NCBI GenBank assembly: GCA_937140905.1
Contig: CAKZQO010000121.1
Location: 1-49,677 of the forward strand
Direction of reading: 5' to 3'
Source of the DNA: an uncultured Spirochaeta sp.
GTDB lineage: Bacteria > Spirochaetota > Spirochaetia > DTKZ01
DNA: 49,677 bases
The notes beneath the pieces are model-generated. The model was not told where the DNA came from. It worked only from the letters and a program-made list of their open reading frames with translations, and ran no database searches. A program made the translations under genes and the position numbers. Below are positions 7,885-16,999 of the stretch, piece by piece. Position 1 is the stretch's first letter; each line of letters opens with the position of its first letter.

Positions 7885-7932
7885 TAAAACCTCCTTGCGT
7901 CTGCAAGATATGTAGAATTAAGCATTTTCGAA

Positions 7933-7961
7933 ATTTTACGCCCACTTTCCCCAATTGTCAA
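7933..7961 (-). promoter_or_regulatory. Sigma70-type promoter of cstA
   Basis: Minus strand: TTGACA (7961-7956), 17-nt spacer, TAAAAT (7938-7933). About 45 nt upstream of the cstA ATG. Confidence 0.7.
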
Positions 7962-8040
7962 GAAAATCATTACAATATTGCACAGGTAGCATCGATTGTC
8001 CCTTGCATGAAAGGAGCCTTTTGCCGTACAACTTTTCAGT

Positions 8041-8508
8041 ATGGATAGAACCTATCAACGTACCTTTGCTTTGCTGAAACCAGGGGTCTTGCAACGTCGC
8101 TTAGTCGGTACCGTGCTTTCAAGAATCGAAGCAAAAGGACTCAAAATCATTGGAATGAAACTCCTATGGCTTACCCGAGAACAGTGCGAGGTTCAGTATC
8201 GGGAGCATGAGGGTAAGTATTTTTACCCCCCCCTACTTGAATATATGACTTCGGGACCTGTCATTGCCCTTGTGTTGGCTGGGTACGATGCTATTAAAAC
8301 CCTTAGGCACTTAGCCGGCCCTACCGACCCAGCACAAGCTCCGCCCGGAACTATACGGGGTGATTATGGGTCTCTCACTCGATACAATATCATTCACGCT
8401 TCGGATTCACAGGAAAGCGCAGAACGGGAAATATCCCTGTATTTTCAGAAAGAAGAACTCCATGACTGGGAGGATGGAAACGCCTATTGGTATGGAGGTG
8501 CGCAATGA
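8041..8508 (+). CDS. ndk: Nucleoside diphosphate kinase
   Basis: 155 aa. 'RTFALLKPGVLQRRLVG' and 'NIIHASDS' (catalytic His). Confidence 0.92.
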   Translation: MDRTYQRTFALLKPGVLQRRLVGTVLSRIEAKGLKIIGMKLLWLTREQCEVQYREHEGKYFYPPLLEYMTSGPVIALVLAGYDAIKTLRHLAGPTDPAQAPPGTIRGDYGSLTRYNIIHASDSQESAEREISLYFQKEELHDWEDGNAYWYGGAQ

Positions 8509-9608
8509 GTCCTACGGTTACTGTTGGAATTCTAGGCGCCGGGGGATGGGGTACTGCCCTGGCCAAAGTTCTGGTAGAAAAAGGAGTAGAGGTGGAACTC
8601 TGGAGTTATGAAGAGCCTGTGGCAAAGGAGATCAATTCTTCCCATACGAACACTAAGTATCTACCGGATGTTTCCTTGCCCGAGGGAATTGTAGCTTCCA
8701 CCGATATCCAAGCCGTAGCCACTGGAAAGGAATATCTCCTGGTGGCTATTCCCTCCCTCTTCCTGCTTTCCTCGATAAAAAAGATATTGACAGTTCCCAA
8801 TATCATGGAAGGGCAGAGTCTCATCGGAGTGGTAACCAAAGGATTCATCTCCACTCCCCTAGGTCCACGATTGATTTTAAGCACTCTCGAAGACTACCTG
8901 CCGGGATTTTACAAGGGCAATCTGGTCTACATCTCGGGTCCTAGCCATGCGGAAGAGGTGGCACGGGGAAAACTAACCGGATTGATTAGCGCGTCTCTCA
9001 ACGGGAAGAACTCGATCCGTTTTCGAGAACTCCTTTCCACACCCAACCTGTTAGTCTTCAGTTCCTTTGACGTGATTGGAGTGCAGGTGTGCGGGGCTAT
9101 GAAGAATGTCATTGCCATCGCCTTTGGTATGCTGGATGCGTTGAAAGATCTGTCGAATTTCGTAGGGGATAACACGGAAAGTTTACTTTTAGCCGCGGGA
9201 TTGAACGAAATCCAGACCCTTGGGCGAGCCCTTGGATCGACCCACCCCGAAACCTTTACCTCTATTGCAGGAGTTGGAGACTTGGATGTGACGTGTAGAA
9301 GTATTTACGGAAGGAATAGACGCTTTGGAAGGGAGATCATTCTAAACGGAATACTACAGAAGTTCCAGGATTTAGATGATCTACTCAACAGGATCCATGA
9401 GTTGGGGTATCTACCCGAAGGGGCTGTAGCGTGTAAATCCGTCATGAGTCTTGCCTTCGATCGGCAACTGAAGCTACCCATCGCAGAGACCGTGTTTCGG
9501 ATCTTGAATCGGGAGCAAGAACCTTTTCCCCTTATAGAGAATCTATTGAAAACCCTTACCCGATCGAACCTCGAAGGGTTGTGGATTTCCGGAGGGCAGG
9601 GAGCTTAA
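8505..9608 (+). CDS. gpsA: NAD(P)H-dependent glycerol-3-phosphate dehydrogenase
   Basis: 'VGILGAGGWGTALAKVL' Rossmann motif, 'GPSHAEEVARG' and 'GAMKNVIAIA'. I prefer the ATG at 8505 (ATGA overlap with the ndk stop) over the track start at 8487. Confidence 0.9.
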   Translation: MSPTVTVGILGAGGWGTALAKVLVEKGVEVELWSYEEPVAKEINSSHTNTKYLPDVSLPEGIVASTDIQAVATGKEYLLVAIPSLFLLSSIKKILTVPNIMEGQSLIGVVTKGFISTPLGPRLILSTLEDYLPGFYKGNLVYISGPSHAEEVARGKLTGLISASLNGKNSIRFRELLSTPNLLVFSSFDVIGVQVCGAMKNVIAIAFGMLDALKDLSNFVGDNTESLLLAAGLNEIQTLGRALGSTHPETFTSIAGVGDLDVTCRSIYGRNRRFGREIILNGILQKFQDLDDLLNRIHELGYLPEGAVACKSVMSLAFDRQLKLPIAETVFRILNREQEPFPLIENLLKTLTRSNLEGLWISGGQGA

Positions 9609-9627
9609 AATTACTCGATTTCTGACC

Positions 9628-10581
9628 CTAAGGGTTAGGATGAAACTTTTCCCGATACTCCTCGATTTCTATCATCGGAGGCCGTTCAATGGGAAGAATC
9701 TCGGTCCGAATAGGTTGATGGACATTCTCCCTTACCTGAAGGGCTATGTGATAGGAGTGTAACAATGTATCTAGTTTGCAATTGGTTCGCTTTTGCAGAC
9801 GATGGAAGAAGGTTAATAGAATTCCAAAAGACATGCGGCTAAGGGCTTCCACGCTTTGATTCCTATGAACCCTCCGGTCAAGATCTACTTGAGCTAACAC
9901 TTCGGGGCCGAAAAAATGGTAGATATCGATCAAATGTCCTAATTCCACCCCATATCCAACGGAAAAGGGTAGTCGCTCCAGCAAGCTTCTTCTGCCCGCA
10001 TATTCTCCACTCAAAGGTTGTATAAGGTAGGCTAGTTCCGGATAGAACAGGGAGAACAAAGGACGAACAAGGATCTCCGTTACCCTGCCTCCTCCGGTAG
10101 GGGATAAGCCTGAAGGTGTTTTCAAGGGTCTTTCGTATAGAGCTTTCACATAGCCAATCTCCGGGTTCTCCAATAGAGGGCCTACTAATCCATACACGAA
10201 CTTGGGTGCTATGTTGTGGATATCGGCGTCGATCCAAACGATGATATCACCCGATAGGACATAGAGGCTCTTCCAGAGATTTTCCCCCTTCCCCCGATGA
10301 GTCCCATACTTTGGAAGGATATTCTTGGATTCATACACTTTAGCGCCAAAACTGGCAGCGATAGACCTAGTTTTATCGATGGAGCCTGAATCGATCACCA
10401 CAATCTCGTCCAACAGGGGAGAGCGATCCATCAGTTCGGTCTTAAGAATGAGAATTTCTTTCCCAATAGTGGCTTCTTCGTTCAAGGTAGGGAACGCTAA
10501 AGAAATCCTTACCCCCTGTTGGGACTTCAGTTCTACCAACCGAGAGATATTTGAAAACTTGCTATGGTGAAATGTCTTCAT
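9628..10581 (-). CDS. gpgS: Glucosyl-3-phosphoglycerate synthase-like GT-A glycosyltransferase
   Basis: 317 aa. 'VVIDSGSIDKT', 'WIDADI' (DxD), 'GGGRVTEILVRPLFSLFYPEL', 'QPLSGEYAGRRSLLERLPF' and 'GYGVELGHLIDI' all match the GpgS (GT81) pattern as I recall it. Confidence 0.75.
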   Translation of the reverse strand: MKTFHHSKFSNISRLVELKSQQGVRISLAFPTLNEEATIGKEILILKTELMDRSPLLDEIVVIDSGSIDKTRSIAASFGAKVYESKNILPKYGTHRGKGENLWKSLYVLSGDIIVWIDADIHNIAPKFVYGLVGPLLENPEIGYVKALYERPLKTPSGLSPTGGGRVTEILVRPLFSLFYPELAYLIQPLSGEYAGRRSLLERLPFSVGYGVELGHLIDIYHFFGPEVLAQVDLDRRVHRNQSVEALSRMSFGILLTFFHRLQKRTNCKLDTLLHSYHIALQVRENVHQPIRTEILPIERPPMIEIEEYREKFHPNP

Positions 10582-11801
10582 TCTGTTTCATTCAACTCCA
10601 CTGCTTCGATCCCAAGTTCGAGAAATAGATGAAGTTGCTGGAATCCCACTTCGATGGGTTCTATCTCGATGTATTCATCCTGTTTGCCCTTTTTCCCTCG
10701 GGTTATTCCCAACGTGATGGCAGGAATGTTGAAGGAGTGCAAGAACGTTGTCTTGGTGGGAATAGAGATGGAACATTGTTGTATCTTCAACCGTTTGTAC
10801 ACTTCTTTCAGAGTGCCGAGTAGAACAGAGTTCAGTTCGGGATTTCCGGGAGGGACATGGGAGAGCAGTGTTATTTCTGCTTTAGCTCCCATCTCTTGGG
10901 TGATCTTTTCTATGGTTGCGGTAACCGTGTTTTTCATCATTTCGAGAATCGAAGCGTTGAGGGAAAACAGTTCCAAGTCCAGCATCCCCTCACTTGGATA
11001 GTATCCAAATCCAATCCCTGCATCGATACGAGCAATATTCAAAGCGGTCTTACTCTCTTTATCCCATTGAATACTCCCCAATTGAAAGGCAATATGAGAA
11101 AGTACCGTAATGGCGGAAGACTTTTCGGAATGGTTCAACACATCCTGTTCAGGGGTATAGATTCGTACGGACAATTTGGAATGTCCAAGAGGTTGAGGCT
11201 CGAAATTCCCCTGTTGAATACTCGATACATAGAGAGCAAAGGATATGCTACCTGGGAAGGTCTTTAGAAAATACTCCAAAGCCTTGAACTCCCCTGCCTC
11301 GTTGGACAGATTCGTGAATAGACAAATAACGTTTTGAGGATACTCGTACGAGTTAGTTTGGATATGCTCGGTGAAGTTCAACAATGCCGCTACGCCCAAG
11401 CTTTCATCCGTAATGCCCATCTCTTTTGCCCGGGTTTCCGTCAAATGTACTAGGCTTTCCAGGGAAGAATACTGTTCGGTTCCTATATCGGTATAGAGCA
11501 GTACGTATTTGTCGGTAAAGCGCGAAGCGGGGAAGATCACTGCAATATTCCCCATTTCATCCTGGTAGGGCTCATAAATACCAAATTCATGAAGTTTACG
11601 AAGGATGAACTCCCCTCGAAGGGATTCAGCTTCGGTTGCAGCTGGAATTTCATTGAAGAGCATCGCATCGGAAAGGATTCGGGTTACGATAGGACTGTAC
11701 TTTCCTACCGCGGTCTTGTAGGAAAGAGGCTTGAGTTTACCTCTGAGAATTTTCTTGAAAAGAGAGGATAGGCTGTGGAAGGTGCTTTTCACCAATCCCA
11801 T
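10578..11801 (-). CDS. M20-peptidase-fold homolog with substituted metal ligands (probable pseudoenzyme)
   Basis: 407 aa. The layout resembles M20 enzymes, but 'LLYTDIG' replaces H.D, 'GITDESLG' replaces G..D.KG, 'SNEAGEF' replaces DEE.G, and 'GKQDEYIEI' replaces the C-terminal H..dE. Overlaps the gpgS start by 4 nt. Confidence 0.5.
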   Translation of the reverse strand: MGLVKSTFHSLSSLFKKILRGKLKPLSYKTAVGKYSPIVTRILSDAMLFNEIPAATEAESLRGEFILRKLHEFGIYEPYQDEMGNIAVIFPASRFTDKYVLLYTDIGTEQYSSLESLVHLTETRAKEMGITDESLGVAALLNFTEHIQTNSYEYPQNVICLFTNLSNEAGEFKALEYFLKTFPGSISFALYVSSIQQGNFEPQPLGHSKLSVRIYTPEQDVLNHSEKSSAITVLSHIAFQLGSIQWDKESKTALNIARIDAGIGFGYYPSEGMLDLELFSLNASILEMMKNTVTATIEKITQEMGAKAEITLLSHVPPGNPELNSVLLGTLKEVYKRLKIQQCSISIPTKTTFLHSFNIPAITLGITRGKKGKQDEYIEIEPIEVGFQQLHLFLELGIEAVELNETE

Positions 11802-11904
11802 GATCTTTATTCACTATACTCTACCCTACCGATAACTGCAATCGATTCCCTACAATATGCCTCCCCTTGGATAATCCATAAAAAATAAGTATCGTACCTT
11901 TACC

Positions 11905-12717
11905 ATGGTTGAGAAAATGGCCTTAGGGGAATTATCTGGCATTCCTCCCCTCTTTCCCTTTCAAGAGAAATATATAACAAGAGAGGAACTCCTTAAGAAA
12001 GAAATCTATCCACCCATCCCTCTATGGTTTAGGGGGAATAAAGGGGGGGATAGAATGATATGGGGAAAAGTCTTGGTTGAAAAACTGAAAGAATTAAAGG
12101 TACAGGAAGTACTTGTTCGGAAATTCAGTTCGGACGAAATTACCGTATCAGAGGCTATGATTCTATGGACCGGGTTAGAACATCCAAACGAGGAATGGAA
12201 CTCCTACCGGATGAAAGATTTCGACCTACTTCCTACCCCATTGCAACAGCTAGTGGCAGAGATGAAGTTGGATTTAAAAACTGCCCTACGTGTACGAAAT
12301 CTTCCACTAGAAATTATAGAGATTCTCAATCCCTTTCTGGAAACATTAAGCTATTCCCAACGGAGAATCTTCCTTCGACTTTTCTTCGAAGTATTCCAGA
12401 GGGATCTTCTGGATACAAGAGAAGGGATTGCTCTAGCCATCCAACTCGTACATTCCTCGAAGCCGCTTGAAGAACTCTATCAGATCCGATACCCAGAGCT
12501 TCATCGGTTGGAGCAGACCTACCATGCCACAGTAGATCCGGTTCTGAAGGGAACTGGAATACAGGTTTCCCCTCCTCCATATTTTGAAGGCGCTCGCTTC
12601 AAAGTAGAGTTTTATTTCGGAAAAAGCGATCAATTGAAGAAAAAAGCGCAAATCCTACAGAAACTTTCAGAAACCATCGATCCGGTGATCGAACAACTGA
12701 CCCATGACACAGTATAA
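11905..12717 (+). CDS. Hypothetical protein
   Basis: 270 aa with coding-like composition and no motif I can name. Its 3' end overlaps the next gene by 14 nt. Confidence 0.65.
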   Translation: MVEKMALGELSGIPPLFPFQEKYITREELLKKEIYPPIPLWFRGNKGGDRMIWGKVLVEKLKELKVQEVLVRKFSSDEITVSEAMILWTGLEHPNEEWNSYRMKDFDLLPTPLQQLVAEMKLDLKTALRVRNLPLEIIEILNPFLETLSYSQRRIFLRLFFEVFQRDLLDTREGIALAIQLVHSSKPLEELYQIRYPELHRLEQTYHATVDPVLKGTGIQVSPPPYFEGARFKVEFYFGKSDQLKKKAQILQKLSETIDPVIEQLTHDTV

Positions 12718-13771
12718 AGTGCCCAAAAGAATTTACGTAACCCCCGAAGCAAAAACCCTCCCCGCAGTACAACACGCTCTTCGAATCCTCGGACATCCTC
12801 CCTATCAGATGGTGGAAAACCCTATGGAGATTCCTAAAGAGCATCAGAATCAGGACACCCTATTCGTAACCTCTTATAGGGGACAAACAGTGCACAAATG
12901 CCCTGGCTCCCGCGGACACCTCTGTTGTAACTACCTCACTATTGATCTGTATTTGGGGTGCACCTTAGGATGTACATACTGCATCATGAAAAGTTACCTG
13001 AACTTTTCGCCCCTAACGGTATACGCGGATCCTTCTCCGTCTATCCAACGAATTCGGTCTTTGGCCAGCCAGTATCCAGATAAGGCAATACGGATTGGTT
13101 CAGGTGAAACCGGAGACTCTTTACTGTTGGACCCCATCTTCCAGCTGAGTCGCCAGTTGATCGAAGGAGTATCCGACCTACCCAACGTTTACCTTGAACT
13201 AAAAACAAAAACGACCCATGTGGACCATCTCCTCGATATCCCAATGAAAGGAAATGCACTCATCGCCTTTTCCCTCAACGCAAGAGAGATCCAAGAACAG
13301 GAAGAAGGTTCAAGCGCCTCCATCGAAGAACGGATCGCTGCCGCTCTGCGAGCCGCTGAAGCAGGTTATAACTTGGCCTTCCATTTCGACCCCATCGTTC
13401 GGTTTCCTGGTTGGCAGGAAAGTTACTTGTATACCATCTACCGGCTGAAGGAAGTCCCTTCCGATCGGATACGATGGATCAGCTTGGGAACTCTACGCTT
13501 TACCGGAGCCCTGCGGGACCGAATGGAAGATCGGCCCTACCTGTTCGAGGAGTTCGTCCCCTGTCGGGACGGAAAGTACCGGTATCTCCAACCGATCCGA
13601 ATCCAGATGTATCGATGGTTCTTGAAAGAACTCTCTGCCCTGACCAATGCTCCCATCTACCTCTGCATGGAGAGCGTGGATGTCTGGAAAGGGGTATATG
13701 GGGGACTTCCTATGAAAATGGATTCTTTCCGGGATATATTTAAAAATATACCTTGTAAAGCTCAATCGTAG
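12704..13771 (+). CDS. Spore-photoproduct-lyase-family radical SAM protein (SplB-like)
   Basis: 355 aa. 'DLYLGCTLGCTYCIMKSY' is a CxxxCxxC radical SAM cluster motif in the SPL-type context, preceded by 'CPGSRGHLCCNY'. Confidence 0.75.
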   Translation: MTQYKVPKRIYVTPEAKTLPAVQHALRILGHPPYQMVENPMEIPKEHQNQDTLFVTSYRGQTVHKCPGSRGHLCCNYLTIDLYLGCTLGCTYCIMKSYLNFSPLTVYADPSPSIQRIRSLASQYPDKAIRIGSGETGDSLLLDPIFQLSRQLIEGVSDLPNVYLELKTKTTHVDHLLDIPMKGNALIAFSLNAREIQEQEEGSSASIEERIAAALRAAEAGYNLAFHFDPIVRFPGWQESYLYTIYRLKEVPSDRIRWISLGTLRFTGALRDRMEDRPYLFEEFVPCRDGKYRYLQPIRIQMYRWFLKELSALTNAPIYLCMESVDVWKGVYGGLPMKMDSFRDIFKNIPCKAQS

Positions 13772-13780
13772 GGTAAAAAG

Positions 13781-14875
13781 ATGAAAAAGAATTCACTTGC
13801 TGCACATAAAATCCTTCTATACGGCATGGGAGGCTTGCTTTTTCTTGTAGTACTTTTTTCTAGCTATTCCGATGAGGTTGGAGAAGTATCCTACCTCCAA
13901 CAAGGGGCCACCCTCGTTCGAAACACAAAGACCTTACCTGTGGATTTCAGCTCTCCCATCGAAAATTACGACCTAGTTCGTACCAATTCTTCTGGACTTG
14001 TAGAAATTCAGTTTCACGAAGAAACAGGAATCCAAGGAAGCCTCCTGATAAAACCTTCTTCCAGTCTCTATATAGATCTTTCCCTTTTATCCAATGGGGG
14101 AAAGGCTCGAATCGAGCTTCTTTCCGGTACGGTTACCCAAAAAGCGATTAAGCTAACCGGCAAATCCAGCTTAGAGGTACGCACAGGGAACGTATCCATG
14201 GGGGTGCGGGGAACGACCTTCGAAGTCGCCACTGCTCCTGATGGATCCGTCCTAATTTCCTGCGAAGAGGGGCAAGTCCGATGCGAAGCAGACGATGGTA
14301 CTACCTTATTTGCCGAACCTGGAAGTGCAGTAGAGAGCACTCCCGAACAGGGATTTCGGAACATTCCCGTCATGTTCCAAGATTTAGAAACCTTCCGGCG
14401 CAACTGGCACGCGGAAAGGATCGAAGCGTTCCGCGCTAACGCCCACAGAGCTCTCCGAAACTTTGCCAATCGGTACATTGATATGAAAGGTAAGTTTGAT
14501 GAAGCCTATAAAACCTTAATGGCTCGATACGAAATCCTGGATAAATGGTTTAGGGAGGATCGGGCAGGGAGGATAGGAGCTATGTCCGAGGTGCTACGGG
14601 AAAAGCGCAACCTTGTAGGACCCCTATTAAATCTCAGGAAAAGTAGTTTCCTCTTCGAGAAAGTGTACTACCGATTAGTCGAATTACGTGAATACTACAA
14701 ACAGGGGATGATCCGAGGAGACTTGGGCAACGGCATGACGGCAGAACAGTTCTTTCGGCGTTTTGACAACGAAGCGGTAGATTTAGAGGAAAAGATGAAC
14801 GTGTTGCGTCACACTTTAAAGCTTTTCGCCAAACGAAACGATGGAGTTTCCCTCATTGATTCAATGGAAAACTGA
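13781..14875 (+). CDS. FecR-domain protein with an N-terminal signal/anchor
   Basis: 364 aa. N-terminal hydrophobic segment 'ILLYGMGGLLFLVVLF'. FecR-like beta region 'VRTGNVSMGVRGTTFEV'. No ECF sigma gene is adjacent. Confidence 0.7.
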   Translation: MKKNSLAAHKILLYGMGGLLFLVVLFSSYSDEVGEVSYLQQGATLVRNTKTLPVDFSSPIENYDLVRTNSSGLVEIQFHEETGIQGSLLIKPSSSLYIDLSLLSNGGKARIELLSGTVTQKAIKLTGKSSLEVRTGNVSMGVRGTTFEVATAPDGSVLISCEEGQVRCEADDGTTLFAEPGSAVESTPEQGFRNIPVMFQDLETFRRNWHAERIEAFRANAHRALRNFANRYIDMKGKFDEAYKTLMARYEILDKWFREDRAGRIGAMSEVLREKRNLVGPLLNLRKSSFLFEKVYYRLVELREYYKQGMIRGDLGNGMTAEQFFRRFDNEAVDLEEKMNVLRHTLKLFAKRNDGVSLIDSMEN

Positions 14876-14881
14876 GGTATG

Positions 14882-14912
14882 AAAGGGGCGGGAGTAAACA
14901 CACCACCCCTTT
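14882..14912. terminator. Possible bidirectional terminator hairpin between the convergent FecR-like gene and tctA
   Basis: AAAGGGG (14882-14888) pairs with CCCCTTT (14906-14912) across a 17-nt loop. The stem is modest. Confidence 0.35.
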
Positions 14913-14915
14913 ATG

Positions 14916-14946
14916 ATATCTGCTATATTTGCTATATCTGCTATAG
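14916..14946. repeat. 3.4 copies of a 9-bp tandem repeat (ATATCTGCT/ATATTTGCT)
   Basis: Read directly: atatctgct (14916-14924), atatttgct (14925-14933), atatctgct (14934-14942), atag (14943-14946). Lies just downstream of the tctA stop. Confidence 0.8.
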
Positions 14947-14953
14947 CATTTCC

Positions 14954-16450
14954 TTAACTCCCCGCTTTCTTTCTTTTTATTTCTTTTAAGATTGGCCATG
15001 TAATTGAAGCGACGGTTAACACGATCAATGTAATACAAATGGGAGATCCCCAAAAGATACTCCAATCTCCACCGGAAATGAGCCTAGCTTGCCTGAAAGA
15101 CTGTTCCATCATACCTCCCACGATCCCCGCAAGAATCATCGGAGAGGTGGGAATATCGGCCTTCTCCATGAAAAGACCAATGAGGCCGAAGATGATCATG
15201 ATGAACAAGTCCGCAACCGAGTTATTGATTGCGTAGGTACCAATAAAAGCCAATCCCAACACAATAGGGAAAAGGTATCGTGCAGGAATCGCGAGAACTC
15301 GTACCAACATCTTTGCCAAAGGCATGTTGATGATAATACAAACGATGTTCCCAATGATCATACTGGCGATCATTCCCCAAGCGATGTCAGGATGCTTTTC
15401 GAAAAGAAGAGGGCCGGGTTGTAATCCTAACATTAAAAGAGCACCCATCATGACCGCTGTAGTGCCTGATCCAGGGATACCGAGCGTCATCATAGGAATT
15501 AGAGCCCCTACAGAAGCGGCATTGTTGGCAGCTTCCGGCGCAGCGAGTCCTTCGATAGCTCCCTTACCGAATTCCTCGGGTTTTTTAGAGAGGTTTTTCT
15601 CGTTATTGTATGCCATTAGAGCTGCCATTGTTCCCCCTGCGCCAGGCAGAACTCCCACGAAGAATCCAAGAGGTGTGCTACGCAGAATCGGAAGCCAGCA
15701 ACGCTTCCAATCCTCCTTAGTAATCCAGATGGGCCCAAACTTTGTTTGCACTTTGCGCGAACCCTCATGGATCATGCGGAAACTCTTGAAGACCTCTCCC
15801 AACGCATAGATCCCAAGGATAATAATGAGAAAATCGATTCCACCTTGCAGTTCTAAGATTCCAAAGGTAAATCGAGATACCCCAGATTGAGCATCCAACC
15901 CTACGGTAGAAACCATCAATCCCAAGAAAAGGGAAATAAAGCCTTTCACTACATTGGTCTTTGCCATGGCTGCGGTAGCAGAGAGGGCAAACACCATCAA
16001 AAGGAAATATTCTGCGGGACCAAATTTGATGGCAAACCGAGCTACGGGAACCGCCGTGAAGATCATTACAATGGTGGAAATCATCCCCCCTATGAAGGAC
16101 GCAATGGCAGATATGGCCAACGCCGCTTCCGCCCTTCCTTTCATCGCGAGAGGGTATCCATCGAAGGTAGCTGCTATGGCAGCCCCATCTCCAGGTGTAT
16201 TGATTAGAATTGAAGAACGGGATCCGCCAAACATGGCACCATAGTATACCCCAGCCATAGTGATCAATGCCCCCACAGGACCCATGGTGAACGTCAAGGG
16301 AAGGAGAACTGCCACGCCTGTGGCAGGACCCAATCCGGGAAGCATTCCAATAATGGTTCCCAGAAGGCCTCCAAGAGTTACCCAAAATATATTTATTGGT
16401 TGGAGAGCAACCTGCAAACCCAGCGATAGATTCGATAAAATTACGTCCAT
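14954..16450 (-). CDS. tctA: Tripartite tricarboxylate transporter, large permease TctA
   Basis: 498 aa polytopic protein. 'LPGLGPATGVAVLLPLTF', 'GGSRSSILINTPG' and 'GVLPGAGGTMAALMAY' are typical of TctA. Confidence 0.9.
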   Translation of the reverse strand: MDVILSNLSLGLQVALQPINIFWVTLGGLLGTIIGMLPGLGPATGVAVLLPLTFTMGPVGALITMAGVYYGAMFGGSRSSILINTPGDGAAIAATFDGYPLAMKGRAEAALAISAIASFIGGMISTIVMIFTAVPVARFAIKFGPAEYFLLMVFALSATAAMAKTNVVKGFISLFLGLMVSTVGLDAQSGVSRFTFGILELQGGIDFLIIILGIYALGEVFKSFRMIHEGSRKVQTKFGPIWITKEDWKRCWLPILRSTPLGFFVGVLPGAGGTMAALMAYNNEKNLSKKPEEFGKGAIEGLAAPEAANNAASVGALIPMMTLGIPGSGTTAVMMGALLMLGLQPGPLLFEKHPDIAWGMIASMIIGNIVCIIINMPLAKMLVRVLAIPARYLFPIVLGLAFIGTYAINNSVADLFIMIIFGLIGLFMEKADIPTSPMILAGIVGGMMEQSFRQARLISGGDWSIFWGSPICITLIVLTVASITWPILKEIKRKKAGS

Positions 16451-16459
16451 TCTATCCCC

Positions 16460-16927
16460 CTACAAACCCAAGAAAGGCATCCTGGGAAGCTGAATGTTCA
16501 ATACCTCTCCGAAAAGTATATAGACTCCCACACTGAACCCCAGTGAAATTCCAAGGATCGATTTCCATCGTTCCTTCCCGTTGAACATGTAAAGAACCAT
16601 AACGAGAAAGAGGAACGTCGATAGGAGGTACCCAGCCCGTTCGAAGAAAAACGCGTACAGTACACAGAACAAGGTGACCTGTGCAATGGATTTCCCATAC
16701 TGAGTCAAGGTAAAGGAAACCGTTTTCCCTTCATGCTTCGATGCCTGAGACTTTTCCTGGATGAGAAGAATAATACCCATGATCGTCATTCCAACCCCGA
16801 GAATAAGGGGAAAAATCGAGGGGGCAATGGGATTCCCTACTGTGGCACGAGGTAATGTCCAGGCCATGTACGAGTATCCGAGCCCTATCATGAGTGAGAG
16901 GATACCGGTTATTACATTGATCGTCAT
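16460..16927 (-). CDS. tctB: Tripartite tricarboxylate transporter, small subunit TctB
   Basis: 155 aa with 4 predicted TM segments, positioned between tctC and tctA. Confidence 0.8.
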   Translation of the reverse strand: MTINVITGILSLMIGLGYSYMAWTLPRATVGNPIAPSIFPLILGVGMTIMGIILLIQEKSQASKHEGKTVSFTLTQYGKSIAQVTLFCVLYAFFFERAGYLLSTFLFLVMVLYMFNGKERWKSILGISLGFSVGVYILFGEVLNIQLPRMPFLGL

Positions 16928-16944
16928 ATTGAACTCCTACAGAT

Positions 16945-16975
16945 GGTAGGCCCCCTAATCCAGGGGGCGCCTACC
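16945..16975 (-). promoter_or_regulatory. Intercistronic stem-loop between tctC and tctB
   Basis: ggtaggc/gcctacc (7 bp) plus cccc/gggg (4 bp) with one bulged C. No U-run follows. It is followed on the minus strand by an AGGAG RBS and the tctB ATG. Confidence 0.55.
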
Positions 16976-16999
16976 TTGTTGGTTTCGGTGCAGCACAGA

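Noticed and set aside
13781-14875. FecR-domain protein as an anti-sigma factor of an ECF/FecI system
   Set aside because: No ECF sigma factor or TonB-dependent receptor gene is adjacent. Only the FecR-like beta domain is recognisable, so I call the domain family, not the function.
15765-16385. 206-aa ORF inside tctA, plus similar internal ORFs in cstA, metH, the DUF401-like gene and the kinase gene
   Set aside because: All are alternative-frame shadows of long, motif-supported genes. None has an independent RBS or a recognisable domain.
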